Source of the DNA: Antedon mediterranea
Taxonomy: Eukaryota > Animalia > Echinodermata
Reading direction: 5' to 3'
NCBI RefSeq assembly: GCF_964355755.1
Contig: NC_092674.1
Location: forward strand, 2,294,001-2,358,000
DNA: 64,000 bases
The translations under genes were made by a program, and so were the position numbers. Shown here piece after piece: positions 50,801-61,829 of this stretch. Position 1 is the stretch's first letter. Every line of letters starts with the position of its first letter. The notes under the pieces were generated by a model. The model was not told the origin of the DNA. It saw only the letters and a program-made list of their open reading frames with translations, and ran no database searches.

Positions 50801-53342
50801 TAAAAGTATTCTATTGTTCAGCGGAGTTGCAGGACAAATTGAAGGGGTTCCCGTGAGTCAGTAGCAACGTCGGTTAGGCGAGGGGCGAGGTTTCTAATGT
50901 GCCATGGTGGTTGGGATGCAGACGATCTGTGGCTTTCAAATATTAGGTTGATGGATCATGTTGTAAATGTTTTGTAGGCCTACATCGGTGCTATGTATAA
51001 ATAATTATGTTATATACAATTGTGAATTAAGCCTACTGTTTTAACAATAATTCAATAAGTACGATACAGATTGGATCGAGAAAAAATGTAGGCCTATATA
51101 ATATTATGTCCATAATCTTTCTATTGACAAAAATTGATCGCAATTATGACGAGCAATTATTTTCCAGTCTGTCCGAAAGCACCGTTCTAACTCCATTCGA
51201 AATGTACTATAACTGTTGAAATAAACACAAAGGGACTACAATATCTATATTCGCATTGTTGATGTTATGCTTCTTCACACTATGGTATTATCACAAATAG
51301 TTGAATTGAATGGATTTTTTAGAATGTATTAATGAAATATCGTACGTTGCGTGCACTGTTCAAGAGTTAAGCGTGGTTCCCACTAGCGACGCAACACAAG
51401 GACGTAACGCAACGCAAGTGAATTGACCAATCACAAGCGATGGCTTATTCACTTGTGATTGCTAACTGTCTATAACTTCGCTTGTCATTGGTTAAAACGC
51501 TTTCGTTGCGTTTACGTCCTTGCGTTACGTTCTAGTGGGAACCAAGCTTTACCAAGTTTACAATAATCTTTTCAGTGTTCTATTTATGTCAGTGGAACTA
51601 AAACCACATATGTTGCTCACCACTTACGTATAAATAAGTATCATTACATAAATTGTGAAATGATGCATAGTGACTTACACTGCTTCCCATACGTTTGCTG
51701 CAAATAATAAACGAGCAGCATGAACTTCCATTTCAATTTCCTTCTTTAAGTATTTATCAATTACTTTGCCAGTTTCTGTAGTCCTATCTGAAAAAAAAAG
51801 ACATCAAAGATACTAAGTTTAAAAATAGGCGATGTGACAATATTGACTACCTTTAATAGACATCAAACATTCTGCTCATACAAGATGTGCGTTCAACAAT
51901 TTTTTAAATTAAAGATGTATTGTCCCAAGAAAAAATAATTTAAAAACATTTGTTGTGAATATGCCATTCTAATGTCGCATAATAGTTATCCACTTTGACC
52001 AAAAATTTGATCGAAAAAAATTTATTTACCGTGGAAAAACTGTAATTTAATGCAAAATATAGTCAAATTTGCTGCCAGCCAGTGGATTTTTTTGTTGTAT
52101 TTAGGCCTAACCATTTATTTTGCCATTTTACAAGTGAAAACATTATTTTTTATCATTTTTTCTACGGACGTGATTAACTTGATTCAAACTACAAAATAAC
52201 ATATTCAAAGTCTGATTTAATTAATCTTAATTGTTCATGTTTTGGGGTACAATACATCTTTAAAGGTCTCCCGCCAATTAAATATCAAAGACCATTGTTT
52301 GTATGTGTACCCAGCTGAACATTTTCTCCTCCAATTAAAGACCACTAAATGTTTAGAATTAATATATTTTAAGGTTTAACAGCCATTGAAAATTGAAGAA
52401 AATCTAACAAATACTGCAGTTTCTGAAATACACACAAATTGACAGGACCGACAAACCGACCAGATTACATCTACCTGACTTTTAAGGGAGCACGATAACC
52501 CTTCCTTCTAAATAGAGTACTAATTTAAAGACCACTTATAGTGGTGGTCTCCAATTAGAGACAGCAGAAAGACTGCTAAAACCTGGCTTCCAAACGTGGT
52601 CTTTATTGGGATACCATGTATCTAATGTTTTTTAAACTTAACAGATTCCTACGATAAATTAATGTAGGGCTACGATCTTTCTTTCACAAATCAAGTTATG
52701 GGCAAGGGCAACAATAATCAGCCATGTCCAGTCCACCCAGATCTTGCGCTCAAGAAAATTACTTTCATCTCATTTCAAGTCCTACTCGTTTTTATTACTG
52801 ATCTATTGTCCCCCCAAAAAACATGAAAAATGAAGGGAAAAAAAATTACACTTTGAACAGGCCATTTTGTAGTTTTAATAGAAGTTATTCACTTCCGTAG
52901 CATAGAGAAAAAACGAATAAAATAATAATTTCATAAAAAAAAAAGACAAAATCAATAAAAAACAATTAACCAAACCCATTGTCTTTGACTATGTTTCCTT
53001 TAAATTACAGGGTTTTTTCAGCTAGAAATTTTCAATCCATTTTTGGTAAAAGTGAATAACTAATATGGACATTAAAATGGCATATTCAAAAACAACGAAA
53101 TCTCAAAAATGTTTCTGTGAATGAAAAAGAAGCTGAAAGGTATGTAAATTAACCTTTTTAATTTCTCAACATCAAAATGATTTGGTATAGGCCTCAATGC
53201 AGTTCTACTTACCCGGCAATTTCATTAGCTCTATCTTTTCGCCTTCATTTTTCAATGTTTTAACAAGGTTTGTACTTTGTGTTGTCTTCCCTGAACGATC
53301 AACTCCTTCGAGTATAATAAGGGCTCCTCTTTTTATTGACAT
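47840..53342 (-). CDS. DTYMK: Thymidylate kinase-like paralog (copy 2), ~225 aa (exons 53213-53342, 51679-51787, 49110-49203, 48143-48331, 47840-47995)
   Basis: Same exon sizes and phases as copy 1 (130/109/94/189 nt) with an open frame throughout. P-loop EGVDRSGKT, DRYAYSG, PRPDLVLFLD and FGEERYE are retained; the base-binding helix reads RLLFAANVWE. Confidence 0.92.
49313..50795 (+). mobile_element. Tc1/mariner-like non-autonomous TIR element (1.48 kb) carrying a HIRAN-like gene
   Basis: TA|CCGTAAAACCTTGAAAAG-AAGCCCATGGGCTT ... AAGCCCATGGGCTTCGACTTTTCGAGGTTTTACGG|TA. Subterminal GGGCTTCTTTTCGAGA repeats at both ends. Confidence 0.85.
49456..50509 (+). pseudogene. Two-exon HIRAN-like domain gene with one frameshift (exons 49456-49720 and 50336-50509)
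   Basis: Reconstructed reading SRIKGHHVF...KLEPE../..NAINV....VDVGHVPECLAQIIAPLM....LKAQ|ITG......GVEIPCRF. Frameshift near 49590; GT at 49721 and AG at 50334-50335 join in frame. Domain identity is by motif recall only. Confidence 0.65.
51370..51548. mobile_element. PIF/Harbinger MITE (AGCTTGGTTCCCACTAG family)
   Basis: TTA|AGCGTGGTTCCCACTAG ... CTAGTGGGAACCAAGCT|TTA, with a largely palindromic body. Confidence 0.85.
51913..52259 (-). mobile_element. Kolobok-type MITE
   Basis: TTAA|AGATGTATTGTCCC ... GGGTACAATACATCT|TTAA. Further degenerate copies near 52800, 55470 and 59457. Confidence 0.85.
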
Positions 53343-53750
53343 TTTTATCGCAACGGGGGAAATCAAAACGAGGTATAGGCCTATATCCTTACAAAAAATT
53401 GTTTTTACCCAAATACACACTGGTAATACGGACTATGACTAAACATAACCAATGTAGATTTTCCTGTAATATCTAATTCTGTTCATGACAACAATGCCAT
53501 AGTGAAGAAATCGATTCGGTTCATACGCCCGCTGCTGATAATGTGACATCATTGTGCTTATGATTTTATTTCTTTTTATTTAGGAAGAATCTTATGAGAT
53601 TTAATTTTGAATCCTAACCAAATAGTATATTATTTTGTGCCTTAGTGTATGTATGCATTTTTACTTTGTTTTTACTGTATAAAATAAACCGATACATAAC
53701 CGATATAGATTTTCCTGTTGCTATGCCGGTGAGAAATAAATCGATTCCGT

Positions 53751-53886
53751 TATAATAATAATAATAATAACAACTTTATTCAAAAACGGATGCAACACTT
53801 GAATCACCATATTGGTGTTTTTCACAAGGCCGTTACTTACTACAAAACTATTTATACTATTACACAAGTTATCAATTACAGTACAA

Positions 53887-53919
<33 letters not shown>

Positions 53920-55430
53920 AAAAAAGATTTCATGAAAAAATATAGAGTTTCAAGTATATTTTATCTTTGGTCATTTATCATTTTTTTTAAATATATGTAT
54001 ATTAGGAGCTGTAATTGCATTTGAGTTTATAGCATTTAAACTATTCCATAGCTTTGCGCCAGAATACGAGAAACTTTTCTTTTTATACTCAGTGTTTGCC
54101 TTATGTAAACTTAGAATATCTTTTGATCTAGTATTATATGTTTGTTTGCGTTCATAGAATCTGTTTCTTAAGTAGGATGGTGTCAAGTTATTCATTATTT
54201 TATACATTGTGACTGCTTCGTTGTAATATTGTTTTTCTTCTAAATTAGGCCAATTTAAATCTTTGAGCGCCTGTGAGCTAGAGTCATACCTAGATGTATG
54301 TGTAATTATTTTAGCCGCTCTATTTTGGAGTACTTGGAGTTTATATTTGAGTGTTTGGTTACAACGACCCCATACTACATTGCAGTAGTCAAAATGGTGG
54401 GCTATGATAGATTTGTACATTAATGATTGAATATTTTGAGGGAAAATATTGCTGCATTTTTTTAGATAGTACAGACCGGATATTACTTTATTTTTCACCT
54501 GATCTATTTGTTTATGCCATTTTAAATTTTCATCGATAATAACACCTAAATGTTTACAGTTATTTACCTTTTCAAGTTTTGTACCGTCTATATTAATATT
54601 AATATCCATGTTAATCAATTTATTTAATTTTTGATGTGTTCCTAAAATCATGTATTCAGTCTTTTTAATGTTTAGACTTAATTTGTTACTTGCTAACCAT
54701 AGTTGTACATGTTTTAGATCAGTATTTACTTTGCTTATTATATCGTGTATGTCTTTAGATGCATAATATAACGCAGTGTCATCTGCGTACATGCTTACAT
54801 TTACATGAGAAACTGAGTTAGGTAGATCATTAATATACATGATAAATAGAAGGGGCCCTAATATTGATCCCTGAGGGATTCCAAAAACACTATTAGACTT
54901 TACCGAATCAACATTGTTAATATTAGTAATATGTGTACGATTTGTTAAATAATTTTCAAACCATTTGATAACATGATTAGCAAAATTAAAATTGTGTAGT
55001 TTTTTTATTAGTATCTGGTGATTAACAGTGTCGAAAGCTTTTTTTGAGATCAAGCATTATTAGTCCTATGTATTTACCATTTTCAATACTGTCAATCCAA
55101 TCTTCAGTTATATTTATTAATGCCGATGATGTCGAGTAATTTGGCCTAAATCCAGATTGTTGATTGTATAATTTAGGGTTGATTTGTGGATAGAGTTGGT
55201 CAAAGACAGCGCGTTCAATAATTTTTGATAAAATTGGTAGTACAGAAATTGGCCTGTAGTTAGATGGTTCACATCGGTCGCCATTTTAAAAAATTGGGCA
55301 TATTCGTGCATTTTTCCATTTACTTGGGAAGTCGCTGGTTCTTAGAGATAAATTAATTAAAAATGTAATGGGTTGTACAATTGAGTTGATTGCTAATTTT
55401 ATTAGTTTAGCAGGAATTTCATCGTTAAAC
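53751..55430 (-). mobile_element. 5'-truncated, frameshifted non-LTR retrotransposon (CR1/L2 group)
   Basis: RT ORF 53971-55053 with KAFDTVNH, GIPQGSILGPLLF, YADDT and HLGV. Upstream RT remnants run to ~55430 in other frames. The 3' UTR has (TTG)n, AATAAA and a (TTA)n tail at ~53751-53780. Confidence 0.9.
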
Positions 55431-55735
55431 GTTATTAATGCTGTGAACAACATGATATTATTATGTAAGATATATTTTCCCCCTAAACATTTTTTTTTTT
55501 AATAAAAAAAATTAAAATATGCCATTTTAATGTCACATAATAGTTGCACACTTTGATCCAAACTTGCGTTCGAATCTCGGTTGGGGAGGCTCAGTATTTT
55601 CATTTTTCAGTATTTCCTCATCTTTTAATGCATTTCCAGTATATCACTCGGCTGTTTATTACGAAGGTATACAAGTTTTAAGTTATTACATTTTTTATTG
55701 ATAATCAGTATGTAGTTTACTTATAACATTATTAA

Positions 55736-56318
55736 ACTAGAGGGTACTCCGAGAGTACAAACCTCCGCCTACTGTAAAATTCCCCCTGAATATTTTTTTT
55801 TTTACATTTTTTTTTATTAGTTCTAAGTTTAAATATGTTAACTGCACACTACAAAGTTGTGGATGACAGTGTGGTGTAATGGTTATGTATCCAGCCTCTC
55901 ACAGTTGAGATTGTTGGTTCAAGACCCACTGAGGTTTTTTTTTTTTTTATTATTTTTTTATTTCTTTTTGTTTTTTGTGCACCTTGATCTTTGACCCTGA
56001 CCCTTCAAAATTTAACCACAATTATATGATGTGTCATTGATCATTGTGGCTAAGTTTGGTGAGAATCGGATAAAAACTGTGGTCTCTCGGCAGTAAAATA
56101 GTTTTTTGTTAGTTGTGACCTTGACCTATGACCTTTTCCCCTCAAATTCGAACTCGTCCGAGCTTTTGGGGCATAGATCATTGTTGCCAAATTTGGTGAG
56201 AATCGGATAAAAACTGTGGCCTCCAGGCTGTTCACAGACACACACACACACACACACACACACACATCCACACACAAACATACAGGGGTGAAAACATAAC
56301 CTCCTTGGCGGAGGTAAT
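55736..56318 (-). mobile_element. Helentron-associated non-autonomous element (HINE/DINE-like)
   Basis: The minus strand starts ATTACCTCCGCCAAGGAGGTTATG, has a (TG)n microsatellite, and ends GGCGGAGG (subTIR) + hairpin GTACTCTCGGAGTAC + CTAGTT. Confidence 0.8.
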
Positions 56319-56467
56319 TAGTGTGTTCATCTTGGAAACTTGGGACATAAATACATAAATAAAACTACTGTATGTAACGCAATACATCTGAGTGTTTCAT
56401 TTAATTCAAATTAACTGCATATTATTTTATTTTACATCTTAGTGATAACACATGACAGACAGCCTAT

Positions 56468-59400
56468 TTATTTCTTCTTTTTTCCTTTCTTCTTCCCTGA
56501 ACCCTTCTTTCCTTTCTTTCCACCTTTCTTCTTCTTCTTTTTGCTGTAAGGACCAAGTTGTTTACGGACCATGACGCCTCGCCACCATGACTGAACCTGT
56601 TAAAAAATAAGTGATCATATTGGTCAATGCTTATTTTTTATTTAACCTTATTTATAGAGGGTAACCATAAACAGCATATGCTGACAATCAAGGGGTCCTC
56701 ATATAAACATTATAAACAAACAACTCTACTGCTTACCACAGTAGAAGTTATCCAATTACCTACAAGTTACAAATATCATATTTTAAACTTTTATCTACAG
56801 TACAGTATTATTACAGAGAAAGGTGTTGCAGTTTTTATTTCAATAAAATGTATTACCAAATGTCTACAAAACCGGATGTTTCATTACCCTATCAATACAG
56901 GATACCATACCATACTTCTTCCTATTCATATATACAAATTAAGGGTGCTCTCTGCATTAGTGTAAATACTTATTTTTAGGGCGCCCTCTATAATAATGTA
57001 GTGTGAATACATACCGAAATGATGGACTTCAATTCTTCCTCCTCTTGTTCCCTCTTGCGTCTTTCCTTTTCTTTCTCAATCCTGTCTTCAACAACTACAT
57101 GCTCATAATTTCCATACTAAAAGAAAGAAAACCAGATTTTTTAGAATATAGTAAATATGACTGGTAAAATAGATATTAAGTAACAGATTTTAAGCTCTGT
57201 CTACATTATTATCAAACTAGTTTGACAAAAAAGTGATGTGCCCAAATATGGTAGTGATATGCCCAAATATGGTAGTGACATGACATCATCATGTCCATAT
57301 ATGGGCACATCACATTTTTTTGTCACATAAAGTTTGATAATGTAGACAAAGCTGAAGATTACATTTATTGTCATATATCCAACTGTTGAATAAAGTTGAA
57401 TAAATGTCAGTTTAGAAAATTCGCTGGAATCAAACTGCAATATATTTACGTACGAGTTTAGTGAGTTCTTGTAGCCTAGCCAGGTCGTTTGCTTTGGATG
57501 CTTTTAGTACATCTAACTCGTGGGTCTTTGCCTCGACATCTTTATCATATTTTTCCATCCAGAATTCTACTCTCTGATCTAGTTCCTGTTGAAACAAAAA
57601 TTAAATGGATTAAAATGGTTTCATATTCACATTCAAAACTGCAGAAAAGACATTAATATGAATATACAAGTAATATATATATATACAATTAAATGATGTA
57701 TAGTACTGTAAAAAAAATACATTTAACAATATAGTAGTATTATATATGTATGAAGATATAAAAAAGTTAACTTACAAGTTGATGTGTCTTCAAGTACTGT
57801 TCTATTTCCTGATTCACTCTAACTTCTTCATCAATCATTTTTTTGTAGCGCTGGAAAGAAAACCAGTATTTAGAAACAAAATTTTAATATAGATATGTAA
57901 TTTCCATAAAATTAAAGTTGATTTGGTTGCTTTGATATTAACGCTTATTTAATAAGCAAATTGGGAGAGTTATCAAATTGGGCTACGGTTCAGTGCACGT
58001 CTAAGATCCAGTGCTTCCCTAGGTTTGCCCACATGACATTGTTGTCATAAAGTACAGAATCCTAAGATGGAAATTTCTCTCTGTGCTTACATCTATTTCT
58101 TCTTTCAGTTGCTTATCTGTAAGAAAGCAGTGTTTCTGTGTCTGTTGAACTGTGACCTCTGCATCTTTCTGTACATATTTTCCTTCCATGTTGGTTTTTG
58201 CTTTCATCTCTTGCAGTTGGTCCTTTAGATGCGCTATCATTTCATCTCGTTGTTGAATCTCTTCTTCTCTTTCTGTTTTGATGTTCATTATCTGTCTTTG
58301 CAGCATTTTAATCCTTTTTCTACCCTCTTCTTCCCTATAAAATCAAACAGACATTTATTTTATACAGTGACGTCTTTCAGACACCCTTTGGCTGGTATTC
58401 CAAGTATGTTTTTTTAATGGTAAAAAAAGACATTTTTTAAACTTAAAGCTCAGTTTCTATGAATTTTGATAACAAATACATACTTGAGAATAGTATTCTG
58501 CAGTTGGGTCTTGTTGTCCTGTTCTAGTGTAACAGCCTTCACAAGTGACGTGAATTGCTGCTGCTCACGCATCTCCTGTAGTGTGGCACTTAAAATGTCT
58601 TGTACATACTGCCTACAAGAACAATGTGTTTGATTATTTTAAAAAATTGTATTAGTAGTGAGTGACTATAATGCAGTTAAAGTTTATTGTTTATATGACA
58701 GAACATTCCATCATTTGCATTCAAAATAAATCTTGTTGGAAGGATATTTGATATTTTTCAAGAATTAAATTTTAATTGATAGGAAAAGAATTAATTAAAA
58801 AGCTACAGATTACATTTTATTTATCTTACTTCTACAGTAATCCAATAATTTATATCTATATTATTATTTTATAATTGAAATTTGGTTTAAATGGTGTTTA
58901 AAGCCTTCTCATATGGTAGTGATATGACATCATCATGTCCATATATGGGCACATCACATTTTTTTGTCTCATAAAGTTTGATAGTCTGGTTTGACTAAAA
59001 GATTATTTTTGTAAACATTGCTATTACCTGTCTTTCTGTACTTTGGCTAGATTATCAGGCGTTAGTGGATTCTGTTTCAAAGCTTTTGAGAAGTGATTAG
59101 TTTTCAATCGTAGGCCCCCAATGACATCCCCTATCTCCTGGTTATTTTCTTGTACTTTCAGCTGTTCTTTTCTTCCGCCTTCCCTCAACTCTGCCCTCTT
59201 TAGGATCAGCTGTTCATAGCGGGTTTCAAGATTACGTTGACTTTCAAGTATATCCCCAATCTCGTCTCCAACAATCTAGAAAAGAAGTAATTTACAGATT
59301 ATTCAAGATATCATGCATTGAAAACTTTAACATTGTTGATTGAAAAAGTAACTTAAATTCCTTTTTGTAAAGTAAATGTTATGTTATTGAGAGCTTGCTT

Positions 59401-60479
59401 ATATGCACTATATAAGAACAGACTATTATTATTATTATATAATATTTTTTATATAAAGATATATTGTCCCTCTGAAAAATAATGATTAATAAAATCAGAC
59501 TTTGAATACCGTAGGCCATTTTGCAGTTTTAATAAACTTATTCACTTCTGCAGAAAAAAAAAAAAAATAAATAAAATATTATTTCACTTATAAAACGACA
59601 AAAGAAACAGTTAAAGACCCCTTCCCTGCAATTTTGGACGTTTTTTGGAAAATACATAATAATATAATACATATATATCACTTTAAAAACATTAAACCAT
59701 GTCATTTCTTGTCTTAAATGTACGTTTTATGGTAAATTATGATAAAAAGTGAGAAACAATGCACTACCTAAGTAGCTCGTGGCGATCGACCTCTCGTGGA
59801 CGGTCTTAGGCCTAGCCTAGCTAGGCTTAGTTTTGTAGGCCTAGCTGGTAAACATCGTTAACGTACGAACATCGTACGCGAGCTATATACCTAGCCTGAC
59901 GTTGTATAGTTGCTGCATTAATTGTCTTTCTATTTTTGCCAGACTCCGTTGATACAAATTGGGGAAAACCCGGTATTTTCGCTGAAAAGTTAGGAGTCTT
60001 CCATTTGTTTTGGCCTCACGATCGATCGAAAAGTGGGCGAATTACAGGTGAAAAACAAAAATATCAATCCGCGCGCAATGCATTTTGGGATTTATAGCGG
60101 GCCGCTATAATTATTAGAATCGACTTATTTTTCACATTTTTAACCGTTTAAAGACGAAAAAAGTTATCGCAATAGGACCATATAGTATTATTTTTACATT
60201 AAATATAGTTTGTGGTCTTAAATTAGATCTAAAAAACGTAGGGAATGGGGCTTTAATTTTAACTAAAAACCATCGTCTTACAAACATTTAAACTTTTGAT
60301 TGTTCCTTGCACAGTAGATTTAAAAAAATGAAGGTCTGAAATCAAATTCTTACATCGTTAGCGTCTGGTCGATTTTCAAGCGTCTGTGGCATGATCTTTC
60401 CAAGAACGGCAAGTTGATCAATTGTGTCATCGAGCACTGTTGCCAGATGGATAGCATCTAGTTGTGGTAACGTTGCCAT
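56468..60479 (-). CDS. IQCG: Dynein regulatory complex subunit 9 / IQ motif-containing G, 394 aa (exons 60354-60479, 59028-59275, 58484-58612, 58091-58334, 57776-57850, 57454-57585, 57015-57116, 56468-56596)
   Basis: Exons sum to 1185 nt in frame. Coiled coil [34 protein letters not shown]-terminal IQ motif [12 protein letters not shown] and a Lys/Gly-rich tail. Confidence 0.92.
57193..57353. mobile_element. PIF/Harbinger MITE, AGCTCTGTCTACAC family
   Basis: TTA|AGCTCTGTCTACA ... TGTAGACAAAGCT with internal 21-bp repeats. Confidence 0.82.
59615..60252. mobile_element. Kolobok-type non-autonomous element nested in another Kolobok MITE
   Basis: TTAA|AGACCCCTTCCCTGC ... GTAGGGAATGGGGCT|TTAA. 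The flanks match consecutive parts of the 29733-family MITE. Confidence 0.78.
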
Positions 60480-61264
60480 GTTTTTATATGTCTGAAATTA
60501 AAAATTTTTAATTAAATGTGATATCGTCAAAAATTATTATATATGATCATAGCCTAGGCCTATTACAGTATTAATTATGTTTAGAATAAACACCTTAGTC
60601 TGACTAACTAGGACCTAGCCTAGGACTATGTACACCTGCTGACACTAGGCCTACAGCGGTCGGGCGGGCTGGCCCACACAAAAAGTGCATCTAACTAGCC
60701 TCCTTCCTACTCTAGGCCTACTAGGCTAGTTACTATTATAGTATTATCTGTACATAGGCCTACATACAGACAATTTATGAATGATTATGAATTAGCCTAA
60801 CTGCTCATTATCTCTACGCTGCAGGTAGAGTAAAGAGTAGCATATTTATAAGACAACTAAGCCAAGCCTAGATGAAAATACATGATCTTATCACAGTTAT
60901 TATTTATATACACCAACAAGCACTATAATAGGCGAAAAAAATGAATTTATACCTAAGAAATATACCGGTGTCGCATTGTTTTTTATGGAATTGTTGTTGA
61001 ATGTTTCCCTGGGTGCTGCCTCTTTCATACTATATTAAATTAAAATAATTTATATAATTTATATTTAAAATAAAATATTCTGTTAATTCTACCAATATTA
61101 AATATATTTTATTTTATTTATTTTTTTAACTTCAATACTAAAATAATTACAATAAGATAGAATTTTAATCTCCAAATTAATAAAAGCAACAAACGAGGAT
61201 ATTATATAGCGACACCAACGTCAATTTTTATTTTTAGGTGGCGTAAACAATTACAAACTAACAT

Positions 61265-61287
61265 CTTCCTTTTCTTTTTCTAGCTCT
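61265..61287 (+). promoter_or_regulatory. 5'-terminal oligopyrimidine (TOP) tract and non-coding exon 1 of RPL35A
   Basis: CTTCCTTTTCTTTTTC followed after 7 nt by a GTAAG donor at 61288, as is typical of ribosomal protein genes. Confidence 0.8.
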
Positions 61288-61829
61288 GTAAGTTTTATAG
61301 AAAAAAATATTGAATCAAATTTGTTATTAAAGTTTGAATGCTTTATGTACTAAATTACAATAAATATAACAGTAACTACTCATTGGGTTAAATTAAATTG
61401 TCATATGGGGTTTTACTTTGTAATAATTTAACTGATTATATCGATTTTTACGGATTGTAAATACCACTACATACATGGATTATGATACAGACTGTACTCA
61501 GCCTCTCTGTTCTGTACAATCCATGTGTAGGGTGTAGGCTAGGCTAATTATCATGGGCATGGCCTAAGTAAAGTAATATAGTAGCATGACAGTGCTGCCT
61601 TACCAAAGCTATCGGTGGTCCGGGGTCCTTGTGGGTTGTCACCCACACCAATTTTAAAGATATTTTCTCTATAGTAGCCTTAGGTTAGGGAAAATAATGC
61701 ACAAACCCTACCTGAAAAAGAGGCCATCCATGCATGACGTAGAGATATTACTGTCTGGTACTTTACAACCTTTTTCTTTCATGCAACAAATATTTTTGTT
61801 TTTTAGGGCTGTAGAGAACCAACGCTAGG

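Noticed and set aside
47840-53342. DTYMK copy 2 as an uncollapsed haplotype duplicate or retrocopy
   Set aside because: It has many amino-acid differences, unrelated intron interiors and different neighbours, and it retains all four introns.
53343-53420. N-terminal extension (targeting peptide) of DTYMK copy 2
   Set aside because: The ORF-track start is a GTG. The ATG at 53342 aligns exactly with the copy 1 start.
53721-54024. Poly-Gln and poly-Cys ORFs
   Set aside because: These come from the (CAA)n/(TTG)n microsatellite in the LINE 3' UTR.
55865-55934. Functional tRNA gene
   Set aside because: It has A and B boxes, but I could not form a proper acceptor stem or canonical anticodon arm, so it is treated as a SINE-like head.
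61680-61712. Telomeric repeat or telomerase template (TTAGGTTAGGG / AAACCCTA)
   Set aside because: It contains only one TTAGGG unit, which is better explained as the arm of a local hairpin.
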